Below are positions 26,854 through 36,779 of a stretch of 64,000 nucleotides of DNA, one piece after another; the first letter of the stretch is position 1; each line of letters begins with the position of its first letter. The notes under the pieces are model-generated. The model did no database searches, was not told where the DNA came from, and was given only the letters and a program-made list of their open reading frames with translations. Position numbers and translations under genes: made by a program. Source of the DNA: Podarcis erhardii (taxonomy: Eukaryota); assembly GCA_964252035.1 (NCBI GenBank), contig OZ176201.1, one strand, 5' to 3'.

Positions 26854-28700
26854 GTATAGGTAAATTATAACATTCAATTGTTACTGTGGACATTCAGCGG
26901 TGTAGTGAGGATCTGTTGCTCAAGTGGATCTGAGTATAGTTTGGAATTGTGGCTGAGGGCTGGGCCCTCACTTTGTGGTATAAAGGGGGAACTATGGTTA
27001 AAACGAATAAAGGGTAGATATCTCACAACATAGTGCTTTGCTCATTACCCAGACTTTGTTTTTTATATGTAGTTGTGGAGTCATCACCTGGGTGAAGCCT
27101 ACCCACATGTGAACAAAGGAACCCTACCAGGCTGGCAGCATTTGCATCTTCTTTTAATGAGGCAACATATTTGAGTGATACATTGCAATATTCTTGTCTG
27201 CTCTCAGGAAAGCGATGGTTAGGAACATAATGAGTATCTGGTGCTTGGTATGAAGTCCATGGGCTGGGAAATGGTTGCTGCGTAGCTGGGCCTGCTGTGG
27301 CCCTGCCTTGTACCAGCTAGCCTGACTTTGCCCTAGATGAAAACCTGGCAGCCTCCTTTTGGGGGTCTGCCCTGTGCAGTAACAGGTGTGAGCATTCTAG
27401 CAGCAGCTTGATGGTCATGTATGATACTGCATACAGATTTGTTGCGACATGCAGAGAAAACCCAGACTGCGTTCTGTACCATCACTGACGGACTTAGATC
27501 TGGCAATATTTTAATTTAAAGACCGACAAAGGCCATAGGTTTAGGCTACAAGGGGTAAGTTGCCCAGTTTCTTCCACCGTGGTAGACTTAGTCGTAGATT
27601 TGCAACCTTCACTTGTTATGCTGATTAAACTTTGTCACTTTTTCAGATCGGCTCTGGGCAACATATTATTCAATATTATCAATTTATTCAAGACTGCCTG
27701 TTTATTAAACTGAATAAATTATTTGGTATATGAGGAGGAATGTGAGTCCTTCGAAGTGTTTTTGGAATTTGAAACAGAATTTAAATTGGTAATCCTTTGC
27801 ATTTTTATAAGTTACGATTACTTTATTGCTTGTTAATTTATTCATGACGATCTGATACTCACGGATAATATTTATATCATATATAAGAATATGGTTGGTT
27901 TTAATAGTGTGTTGAAATGCTATAGATTTATCTATATCAAATTATAGATATGTTTATATTTTTAATTTAATTAAGAAATGAGCAAAATACTTATGAAGGG
28001 AGGAATGTACCCTGAAACAGAAAATTGATAGAAGTCGCCCCAGACTTCTAGTCAATTAAAAATCCTTCATTTATGTACTTGCTTTTTATATTACTCTGCA
28101 TTCTTTTCAAGCTGAGTGCCCACCACATAAACAAGTCAGATTGCTTTACTTCTATTTCAAGTGCCTTTAAAATTGGTAAGACAGGGCAGAGAGAGAAGTG
28201 TTTAGTGAAAGGATGGCTTGGAGGTTACTGGTCTGACAATGGCTTCTTCGGGAGCTTACTTTTTTTTAAGTCTTCATGTATAGGAGGAAAGGCAGTGGCT
28301 GCCATGCAGTGTGTTGCAAGCTGTAAGTGAACCAAATTTTTCCCCACAGTAGGTAATAAGAGACAATATAGCAGAACCTGATCTGGATGATAGATATGTT
28401 AGGGATGAAATGGATGTGCATACCAAACATAATTCTGCTGCAGAGTGAGTCTTTCTTGGAAGCTACTAAAGTTAGCTGTGCTTGCTGAGGAGGAGACTCC
28501 TGCGCCAGAGATTTGCTTTGTGGTGTGTGGGAGATTATCTGGCAATTTCATTTGTAATAGGGGAGGGGAATGTCCTGGGAAAACTGACTCCAGTTTCTTC
28601 TCCCTGGCTGTCACCAGAGCTCTCTGATAAAGTATCTGAGTCTCTTTAATGGAAATCTGTTTGTGTTTAGCTGCATCCCCACACATAAGGCTTATTCTGT

Positions 28701-29266
28701 TCACCACTGTTGTAAATGCAGGTCCATGGTACTGTTCAAGTTGAGATCACTAACATCTAAGAAATCAATGTTGAAGATGCTGGGCCCAGTGGTGGTGAGG
28801 GAACCGAAACCGTTGGCTGAGCTAGGCGGAGTGAGGTCCAGCCATTCCATTGTTTCCCAAGGAGACTCTGTGAAGCTCATGTGCAAACCAGTTCCTTCTC
28901 CAGAAGAGGGAGACAGCTGGGTCTCCATGGGCGACAGGGGAGTGGGCAGGATCTCGGGTGTCAGCAGTTCATCGGCAGCTTTGTTGGAAAATCCTTCCAT
29001 CACCCCTTCAAAGTGTGGTTCTTCACCCACTTTCAGTAGGGTGATTTCACTCGACCGCCCCAGAGGGCTGTGGGAATTTAACAAGATTTCCAGATGACTG
29101 TCGTTGCTGCTAGGGCAGTGTTCAAAGGACAGCTGACCTGAGGGGCCTTGCTCAAATGAAGCAGATGTCTTCAGTAGCGAGGAAGTGCCGGAGGTCCCCG
29201 AAGACATCGTTATCTGAGGCACCTTCTGAAGGCAAGGGCGGTCCTCTTTAGCATTTGCAGGCATTT
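28701..29266 (-). CDS. MYOCD: MYOCD last coding exon 14 (566 nt; transactivation domain, ...SPWETMEWLDLTPP...NSTMDLHLQQW*)
   Basis: aaacAG acceptor at 29268-29267, phase-1 G|AA ATG; TGA at 28703-28701; myocardin-specific C-terminus. Confidence 0.97.
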
Positions 29267-29792
29267 CTGTTTGCAAACAAAAAAGGCTCATCAAGAGCAG
29301 ATCTACAACTTTACTATGCCGTGCACCCCAAGCTACCCTACAACTTTAAATGTTATAAAACATCTTGCACATCAGTGATTACTGCCTGTCAAGACGGCAG
29401 ACTCCTTTGTCTACAGTATGAGATACCCAATGGAGCACATCGTAATTCGCTGTTGCTGTCAGAGAAGTGTGTCCTACTTTGCTTTTGGTTGGATATAGCT
29501 TTATGTGATGCTATGCTAGAGTAACTTGGCATACCAGGAATCTACTTTCTGGTTCTGTGAGCCTGTAAGGTGTAACTGGGAATGCCTGGGTGAGAAGAAC
29601 AGAAAGATCGCAGAAGAGCCAACAGCAGATTGTGGTAAGGGGAACACAGTAGGTGCTCCATCCAAGGACCGCAGGAAGGAAATCAGTAGAAGAAATTATC
29701 ACTAAGTATATGTGTGTTGGCAAGGACTTGTTAAGAGGGAAAAAGATGAGCGGATGAGTATGGGACGTCCTACAGCAACTAGAATCTTAATA

Positions 29793-30025
29793 CTTCACCA
29801 AACCATTATTAGGCATTACAAGTATAAAACATCGATATATAAAATTTAAAATATATACAAATAAATAGACATGTAAACTATATAAAAATGGGATTTCTTT
29901 CATTGGGATTTCTTCCCACTAAATAGTGCCATTCACCACTCTAAGAGATACTGTTGACCAAAACTCAGCCACCCTTGCAGTTACTTCCAGGTTAATGTCA
30001 GACAGATAGATTCCTGTATGCTTAT
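29793..30025 (-). mobile_element. LINE 3' fragment, same family as 34999-35390
   Basis: Shared blocks cttcaccaaacc, ttattaggcattacaagta, ctaaatagtgcca, ctctaagagatact, ctcagccacc, tgtcagacagataga. Confidence 0.6.
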
Positions 30026-30302
30026 ATCAGATTCTGATTGTTAAGACCACACAATCTATTTTAGTGCAAGGGTGGCTAAACTGTGGCCCTCCAGATTTTG
30101 GGCTTCATCTCCCATCATCGCTGACTGGGGTTGATGTGAGTTGGGGTCCAGTGACAGTCTGAGGGCCACATCTGGTTGCTTAAAATAAGTCCATCAAGAA
30201 AATGCACTTTGGGAGCAGCACTTTCTTTCATGGGCTATGACCATGCCTACATTTAGTAGTAGGCATTGGGCTCAAATTATGGCTTACTATGACTAGGGGG
30301 TA

Positions 30303-30657
30303 AGGACGCAGGTGGCGCTGTGGGTTAAACCACAGAGCCTAGGACTTGCCAATCAGAAGGTCTGCAGTTCAAATCCCCTTGACAGGGTGAGCTCCCGTTG
30401 CTCGGTCCCTGCTCCTGCCAACCTAGCAGTTCGAAAGCACGTCAAAGTGCAAGTAAATAAATAGGTACCGCTCTGGCGGGAAGGTAAATGGCGTTTCCGT
30501 GCGCTGCTCTGGTTCGCCAGAAGCAGCTTAGTCATGCCAGCCACATGACCCAGAAGCTGTACGCCGGCTCCCTCAGCCAATAAAGCGAGATGAGCGCCGC
30601 AACCCCAGAGTCGGCCATGACTGGACCGAATGGTCAGGGGTCCCTTTACCTTTACCT
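30303..30657 (+). mobile_element. Sauria-type SINE, near full length
   Basis: tRNA-like head (gtggcgctgtgggttaaacc...gttcaaatccc), (ACCTTT)n tail; 12-bp TSD tatgactagggg at 30288-30299 and 30658-30669. Confidence 0.92.
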
Positions 30658-30841
30658 TATGACTAGGGGAAATTCTCTGAAATTGCCATTTTGGGTACCA
30701 CCCTTAAGGCAATGAAAAGCATTGGGGTTAGGGGTTAGTGCAGACACAGCAATCACAGTGCACCCTCTTTGGGCAGCCAGAGACTTCGCTCATACTTGCT
30801 TTGACCAGAACCAACAGTCTTGCCTTAGGGATATCACCTAC

Positions 30842-30899
30842 CTCCAGTTTCAATAAGCACATCCAACAGTTCATCCATTTGCTGGCTTCGGGTCATCTG
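30842..30899 (-). CDS. MYOCD: MYOCD exon 13 (58 nt; QMTRSQQMDELLDVLIETG-E)
   Basis: ctgcAG acceptor, GTaggt donor; peptide nearly identical to mammalian myocardin; missed by the ORF track. Confidence 0.97.
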
Positions 30900-31764
30900 C
30901 TGCAGCAAGAAAAAAGCAAGAGATGTTAGGAAGTTGGTACTGGAGCCACACATTACTATACTCAAAAAATCAGCTTTGATGGATATTGAGAGATGCTTTC
31001 AAAAGAAAGCTGAAGCCTCAGACATATAAGGATGATAGAATCTCCTTGACAGGCATGTTAAATAAACAATGGTTCCTTAGTAGCTAGTTGAAACAGGTCT
31101 CCTACAATACTTGAGCTGTTTTTTGTGCGTATAGTAGGCTGTTATGTATTACAATTAATACCGTTATAGTTCATAAAAGCCTCAGAGAAGCAAGATCAAT
31201 AGCCCTCCCAAAGTGGAATGAAAACTCCCTCCTTCACTCAGATGTTCAACCCGTAACTAATGTTACTTAGAATAAAATCTCACCACATTCATTGGTACTT
31301 AACTTCCTAGTAAGTATGCTTACGTTAGCTCCTGTTAACCCACACAAACTTTGTGTGACCCACTGCAATTACCTCTTTAGGGGCCATCCTGCAGTGCTCT
31401 TGTGTGTACTTTTTTGAACCAAGTGTTCAGCTGTAGCTTGCAAACTTAGTTCATTCAGAGATCATTCTGTTTCTTCTAAAAATTTAGATGGCCCTTCCAA
31501 CAGAAGTCACCTGAATCACTTCAGCTGCTTATTCAATGTCTGAACAAATAAGAGGTTGAATGAATTTGCATTTGCTTTTAATCCAATTGACTGTATATAA
31601 CTCTTTCTACAACAATAAATTCAGTTTTCAAGGCTGTCGGTAGTCATCTGCTTTCACTCATAGGTCACACAACACTCTCAAATCTGCAATTGGCTTTGAT
31701 GTACATAACAATCAAAGCAAGCTATCTGCAGCCAAGCATAGCCTACCAAGCACCAGACTGTTAC

Positions 31765-31878
31765 CTGTTTCACAGCATCAGCGTAGGGTGGTGGCTGCTT
31801 TCCATCTGGGAGGGCAGCATTTGACTTGCAAAAGCCAGGAGACAGAATGGAATACTTCTGACTACCTTGTGCTGGCAC
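31765..31878 (-). CDS. MYOCD: MYOCD exon 12 (114 nt; VPAQGSQKYSILSPGFCKSNAALPDGKQPPPYADAVKQ)
   Basis: acacAG acceptor, GTaaca donor; PPxY-D-AVKQ end motif conserved with mammalian QPPSYEDAVKQ. Confidence 0.92.
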
Positions 31879-32100
31879 CTGTGTGGAACCAAAATCAATC
31901 ACAGGGATCAAGCCAAACTTGGGCCAAGACTGCTATTCCGCAGTTGCCTCCATAAATTTACCTCTTGCACATGGGAACAAATCAACAGTTAATGAGGTGA
32001 TCTCATTGCAAATCCAGTGGAAGCATAAGAAAAAGTCAAGGCTCCGGAAGCCCATCTCCCTTGCTGTAATAACAGTTTTGCCATTGATAATGGCACTTAC

Positions 32101-32106
32101 AAAGTT
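32101..32106 (-). other. MYOCD: Candidate 6-nt MYOCD microexon (AACTTT, Asn-Phe)
   Basis: TTCCTTTGCAG|AACTTT|GTAAGT between exons 10 and 12; phase 0-0. Confidence 0.4.
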
Positions 32107-32185
32107 CTGCAAAGGAATTTTGAAATAATATTGAATTCCCCCACCCACTAGCAGAAAACTACAGTAAAGGCTGCCTGGTTTAGGG

Positions 32186-32434
32186 CAGGGGTGAGCCAAC
32201 TTTTTCAGCAGGGGGCCGGGCCACTGTCCCTCAGACCTTGTGGGGGGCTGGACTATATTTCTTGGGGGGAATTAATGAATTTCTATGCCCCACAAATAAC
32301 CCAGAGGTACATTTTAAATAAAAGCACACATTCTACTCATGTAAAAACACACTGTTTCCTGGACCATCCGTGGGCCAGATTTAGAAAGCGATTGGGCCGG
32401 ATGCGGCCCCCGGGCCTTAGTTTGCCTACCCATG
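32186..32434. mobile_element. hAT (Charlie-like) MITE in MYOCD intron 10
   Basis: Ends CAGGGGTGAGCCAACT and AGTTTGCCTACCCATG; degenerate 8-bp TSD gtttaggg/gcttaggt; same family as 58048 in opposite orientation. Confidence 0.8.
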
Positions 32435-32484
32435 GCTTAGGTGACATACTTTCTTTTGAATGGGCAGGTAACAACAACAACAAC

Positions 32485-32560
32485 CATGTTTCCTGCTTGG
32501 CAGGGGGTTGAACTTGATGCCCCTTGTGGTCTCTTCCAACTCTATGATTCTATGATTCTA
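32485..32560 (+). mobile_element. CR1 LINE 3' tail
   Basis: gggggttgaacttgatg...ttccaactctatgattctatgattct terminal octamer repeat; ends about 15 nt from the exon 10 donor. Confidence 0.8.
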
Positions 32561-32574
32561 AGTAGCTTTCTTAC

Positions 32575-33525
32575 TGGAGCTGTGCGAAGATGGCTGCTGG
32601 GCTGTGGAGAGCTGCTGCGTCCTTCTCCCTGAGTGCTGGGGGACACAGAGAGGAGGTAATGGCTGTTTGGTGAGGGTGGAAGGCTAATGTGTTGCGGACT
32701 CTTTGCTGCCTCTAGTGGAGAATGCTGGGGAGAGCACTGTGGGCTTAGGAATGTGGAGGACAGTATGCCGCTCTGTCCTGACGGTTCCATGCAATGGCTG
32801 TTTACAAGATGGGGCAGCTGAGGTGTCCCACAGTTTCTCAGTGTGTCCAAGTTGCTAGCCTGGCCTTTCAAGGGAGCTTGCTTAGAGGCAAAGGGACAAC
32901 TGGACGCTGGGTTTTCTTGCTTGATCGGAAAGCCGAAGAAGTGTGGAGAGGGCTGCTTCTCGTCCAAGCCGTGGCTCCTTTTGCGCTTCTGCAGCTGCAT
33001 CCTCAGCTCTTCCACTTGCCTCTGCTCTTGCTGCAGTTTCCAGGTCAGCTCATTGATGACCTTCTGCTTTTCCACCAGCATCTTGTCTTTCTCTGTGTCA
33101 ACCCTTTCCACGTCGGGCTGGATGCCAGCGCCGTTCATGCTTCCCATCAGGCTTTCTTCACACCCGCCTTGCACAGGGGAAGGGTGCAGGACAAAATGGG
33201 GGGAAGACATTGGTCCTTCGTTGAAACTGTCTGGCAAGGAGCCATTCACCGATAGGTCTGAGGAAGCTGGGGAGATGGGGGGAGTAGAGCTTGTGCTGCC
33301 AAAGTGGTAAAAGCCATTGGACAGCAGGCTGGCTGAAGACTGCGACTGGTAGCTGGAGAGAGAGTTGGTTGGTGTCACTGGGAAGGTGACGGTGGTTATC
33401 TCATTGAAGCTGGGCACAGAACCCCCGCTGCACTCCTGGAAGGGCCGCAGGCGTTCCATCAAGGCCGTTTTCGTACCTGATACAGGGAGGCCCCTTATTC
33501 GAAGCTGCTGCCTCAGCTCCGACAC
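32575..33525 (-). CDS. MYOCD: MYOCD exon 10 (951 nt; SAP domain C-terminal part, leucine zipper)
   Basis: ttccAG|GTG TCG GAG (VSELRQQLRIRGLPVSGTKTALMERLR); KDKMLVEKQKVINELTWKLQQEQRQVEELRMQL coiled coil; CCA|GTaaga donor. Confidence 0.98.
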
Positions 33526-33844
33526 CTGGAATGAAAGCCGTTTAGTCAGTGGCAAGGTCGCTTTTCAGTTCAACTTTGTGGCAAAGTAGCAACCTGCTTA
33601 CAGTGGACCCTGACCCAAATCTAAACCAGAGATTATTTGCACGGACAAAGAGTTGGGCTGGGTAAAGTTTGGGCTCCAAAATGGCTGCTATTAATTGGAC
33701 TGGATACGTCAGTTTGTCCCTGTGCTGCTTAGCACAACATTACTTGGAAATCTCTAATTATTTCTATTGCCTTAGGTGCTATGCTGTCCAAATTAAAATT
33801 ATGCAAGTTGTAATAAGCCTGGAGTGGGACTGAACGTCTGCACC

Positions 33845-33970
33845 CAGGGCTTATTTTTCAGCCGGAATTCAGTTTCAGCACCTCTCAGGTGAGCTCCATT
33901 GCCATTCTAAGAGAACAAGGAAGACATTCATTGTGAGCTTTGGCACCTCTTTTTCTAGAAAAATAGCACT
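33845..33970. mobile_element. Short hAT-like MITE remnant
   Basis: CAGGGCTTATTTTTCAG ... CTAGAAAAATAGCACTG imperfect TIRs. Confidence 0.5.
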
Positions 33971-34768
33971 GCCTACACCTAATGAATTTGTGGCTGGTTT
34001 TAACCTGGGCTGCCCTTCTTACATTTTAGATATAGACAGAGCAGTGCTTCTTGAGAAACTTGGGGGAAAGACAAGGCATGCTTTCCAGTCAACCATCATT
34101 ACTCCTGAGGATACTCTCCTGTCCCTGCTTAGGAGCTGCAGCCCTTTGGGCACAGGCAAGTCCTCCAGGTGAAGACTAGGCAGAACACCAGAGCTTGTTG
34201 AACTTCCCATTACTTTGCTTCCTGTGGATGGCCTATATTTTCAGCAACAGCTGCCTGAGGTTGTGCCTCTGGCACGTGCTTGTGTGTATATAAGTGTTCG
34301 CTTAGGGAACTTGGTTTCAATTGATTTCTTAACGTATGTTATTTTTAATGCTTGAGGTTTTTTCTTGTTCCAGGGTTGCCTTTGTGTTAATTTTGTTTTA
34401 ATTTAGTGTGTTAGTAAAATAATGGTTTGCATTCTTAAACAACGAATATTATTGAAATAGAACTGGCTCTGCCATCTGTTTTTAAACAAGCTACGATGTC
34501 CGATTTTATTAGTTTTAAGTCAGCTTTGGCAAATAATAATTTGGTCTTTTCTCTACAGTCCACTGACCCTAGTTGGTCTGTTGATTTTATGGTGGTGTTT
34601 GACTGCTTCAATTTATGTGATATTTGAATTTTGATTAATTTGGGATATTGACCGAAGTGCATATGTTAACCATGTGTTTGCTGGAGGAACACACTGCCTC
34701 CACATGCAGTTTCATATACCACACAGAAGGTTTTACACTTTTCATCAACTTTTGCATTCAGTACTCAC

Positions 34769-34922
34769 TTTTAAATCATCCAGGTTGGATGGGAGAGGAC
34801 CTGGCTTGAGAGACGAAATGCAGGATTGCCCTGAAAAGCTTCCCTTCCCAGGGGAAAGAGGGCTGTTGGCAACTGTCGATGGGGAAGAGTTTGAGGTTTT
34901 GGCCATTTGCTCATTGGGTTGC
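34769..34922 (-). CDS. MYOCD: MYOCD exon 9 (154 nt; K-QPNEQMAKTS...KPGPLPSNLDDLK)
   Basis: ttacAG acceptor, GTgagt donor; starts the SAP domain (LDDLK). Confidence 0.97.
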
Positions 34923-34998
34923 CTGTAAAAAATAAAAGTGCAGAACATTTTCCCCCTTTTGTTTTCTTCTTCTTTTAAAATACCAGTATTCTTACTTA

Positions 34999-35390
34999 CT
35001 TCACCAAACCTTTATTAGGCATTACAAGTACTGGCCATCATAAAACATCCATATATACAAATAAAAGCCATGTAAAATATATAATTACAAGAATTATCAT
35101 TGGGATTTCTTCCTGCTAAATAGTGCCAGTCACCGCTCTAAGAGATACTATTGAGAAAATCTCAGCCACCTTTGCAGTTACTTCTGAGTAAGTGTCAGAC
35201 AGATAGAATCTGATATTTTCATTGTGCCATGATGTTAGACTTCCCAAAAAAGGAGATAGCACGTGTTTACATAGCTGGTTGTACAATGGACAGTAGAAAA
35301 GGATATGTTCTACAGTGTCTGGCACGTTCAAATAACTTCTGCAATGTCTATCATTTCTGGGGATGTTTAAATATCTGCCTTTGACAAGAG
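34999..35390 (-). mobile_element. LINE ORF2 C-terminus and 3' end fragment (family unassigned)
   Basis: Minus frame reads ..DTVEHILFYCPLY.. (His/Cys zinc-knuckle-type end of ORF2); second copy at 29793. Confidence 0.6.
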
Positions 35391-35677
35391 CTGAGGGGGA
35401 AATGTTCAGCTGGGCTCACATAAAGGCCCTGCGTTGGGCTGGAATTATTAATTTTGAGATTTAAGTGACCCTGTTATCTGGTGTATTTAAACCATAGAAC
35501 TTGGGGGAGCAAATTTTATTTACAACTGATTTGATGAATGTCCCTTAATCTAGTTTTAATATTGCAATAAATATATTGCTCACTTGAATTATACCAGGAT
35601 TCCAAGTCAATACCAATAGATCTAATTTTGCTATGTAAGAGCTGGAACGATCTGGATGTATAAGAGTTCTTAAGCAA

Positions 35678-35897
35678 AATAAAAAAAATCCTTCCAGTAG
35701 CACCTTAAAGACCAACTGAGTTAGTTCTAGGTATGAGCTTTCGTGTGCATGCACACTTCTGTGTATCTGAAGAAGTGTGCATGCACACGAAAGCTCATAC
35801 CTAGAACTAACTCAGTTGGTCTTTAAGGTGCTACTGGAAGGAATTTTTTTATTTTGTTTTGACCATGGCAGACCAACACGGCTACCTATCTGTAACT
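35678..35897 (+). mobile_element. Penelope-like element terminal-repeat insertion with inverted partial copy
   Basis: 13-bp TSD agttcttaagcaa (35665-35677 and 35898-35910); 86-bp inverted arms with one mismatch; ...cagaccaacacggctacct... tail as in reptile PLE terminal repeats. Confidence 0.8.
35763..35800 (+). ncRNA. Minimal type I hammerhead ribozyme motif (PLE-type, probably dimer-dependent)
   Basis: GTAT-CTGAAGA-A-GTGTG(CATG)CACAC-GAAA-GCT-C-ATAC: stem I GUAU/AUAC, stem II, palindromic AGCU stem III, predicted cut after C35796. Confidence 0.65.
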
Positions 35898-36522
35898 AGT
35901 TCTTAAGCAAGTCAGAGAGCAGACTCAAAGGTTGGCAGCAAAAATGGCAACGCAGCCAATATTTTATAGTGCTAGCCTTCATCCAATATTCCATCATGTG
36001 TATACCTAGTTCTGCATACATCGTCTCATACTTGATTGAACTTAGGAGCCCCAGGATACATCTCAAGAAACTTGAGTGTATCTTATCTAAATCACTATTA
36101 TATGCTTCTATCCATATTGGGATCCCAAAAATGACACTTTAGCTTGAAAAATCTGGATAGCAGCTGGTATAATTTGGTCACCTTTCTGAAAATAAAAGCG
36201 AGCTATTGCTGAGGAGTTACACTTTGCCTGTTTTATAGCACTTGTGCAATGGGTTGACCAACCTGAGTTGCTCTGCAATAAAATTTACTGCATCACCACT
36301 GTTGTCCTGAAGGGTACAATCCTGCTGAAGTTTGGAAGAGTTGACCACACTTAAAAGGGAGAGGCTTTCTCTCTTAAGCACACACTTTAATTTCCTATTT
36401 AAATTAACAGAGCTTAAAAGTGACTAATGGGCTGGAATGTGCCCCAAATTGATTGTGACAAGAAATCAAACCTGGGTAAGGTGGAAAGGTCACTCTAGGA
36501 AACCTTTCCGTTACCAACTCAC

Positions 36523-36779
36523 TTCAGCTGCATGGAATGGGGCCCCGGATAGTTGAAGTGCTGCTGGTGCCGGTGCTGCTGCTGCTGGCTGAGGATCTGG
36601 AGCTGCAGGAAGAGCTGCTGCTGCTGCAGGAGCCTTGCATAGGCCGAGTCCATGGGCGGAGGGGACTTTTCCGCCTTCTGGTCGGGGGGAATGTACTGGT
36701 GGTACTTAAGCTTCTTCACTTTTGGCTTCATCTCCTTGGGCTTTTTGTGGCGATTCTTGCTATCGCTCGATGGTTTTGA
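36523..36779 (-). CDS. MYOCD: MYOCD exon 8 (257 nt; basic region and Q-rich domain, SRF-binding)
   Basis: atttAG|TCA AAA CCA; KPKVKKLKYHQYIPPDQK basic motif; MDSAYARLLQQQQLFLQLQIL; AA|GTgagt donor. Confidence 0.98.

Larger units (their letters stand above)
24035..28700 (-). other. MYOCD: MYOCD 3'UTR (about 4.7 kb, distal end inferred)
   Basis: Downstream of the MYOCD stop; AU-rich; contains four miR-1/206 seed matches; ends at the candidate PAS. Confidence 0.55.

Noticed and set aside
28663-29097. + strand 144-aa ORF
   Set aside because: Antisense to the MYOCD last exon.
32794-33310. Two + strand ORFs (153 and 155 aa)
   Set aside because: Antisense shadows of GC-rich MYOCD exon 10; no independent protein features.
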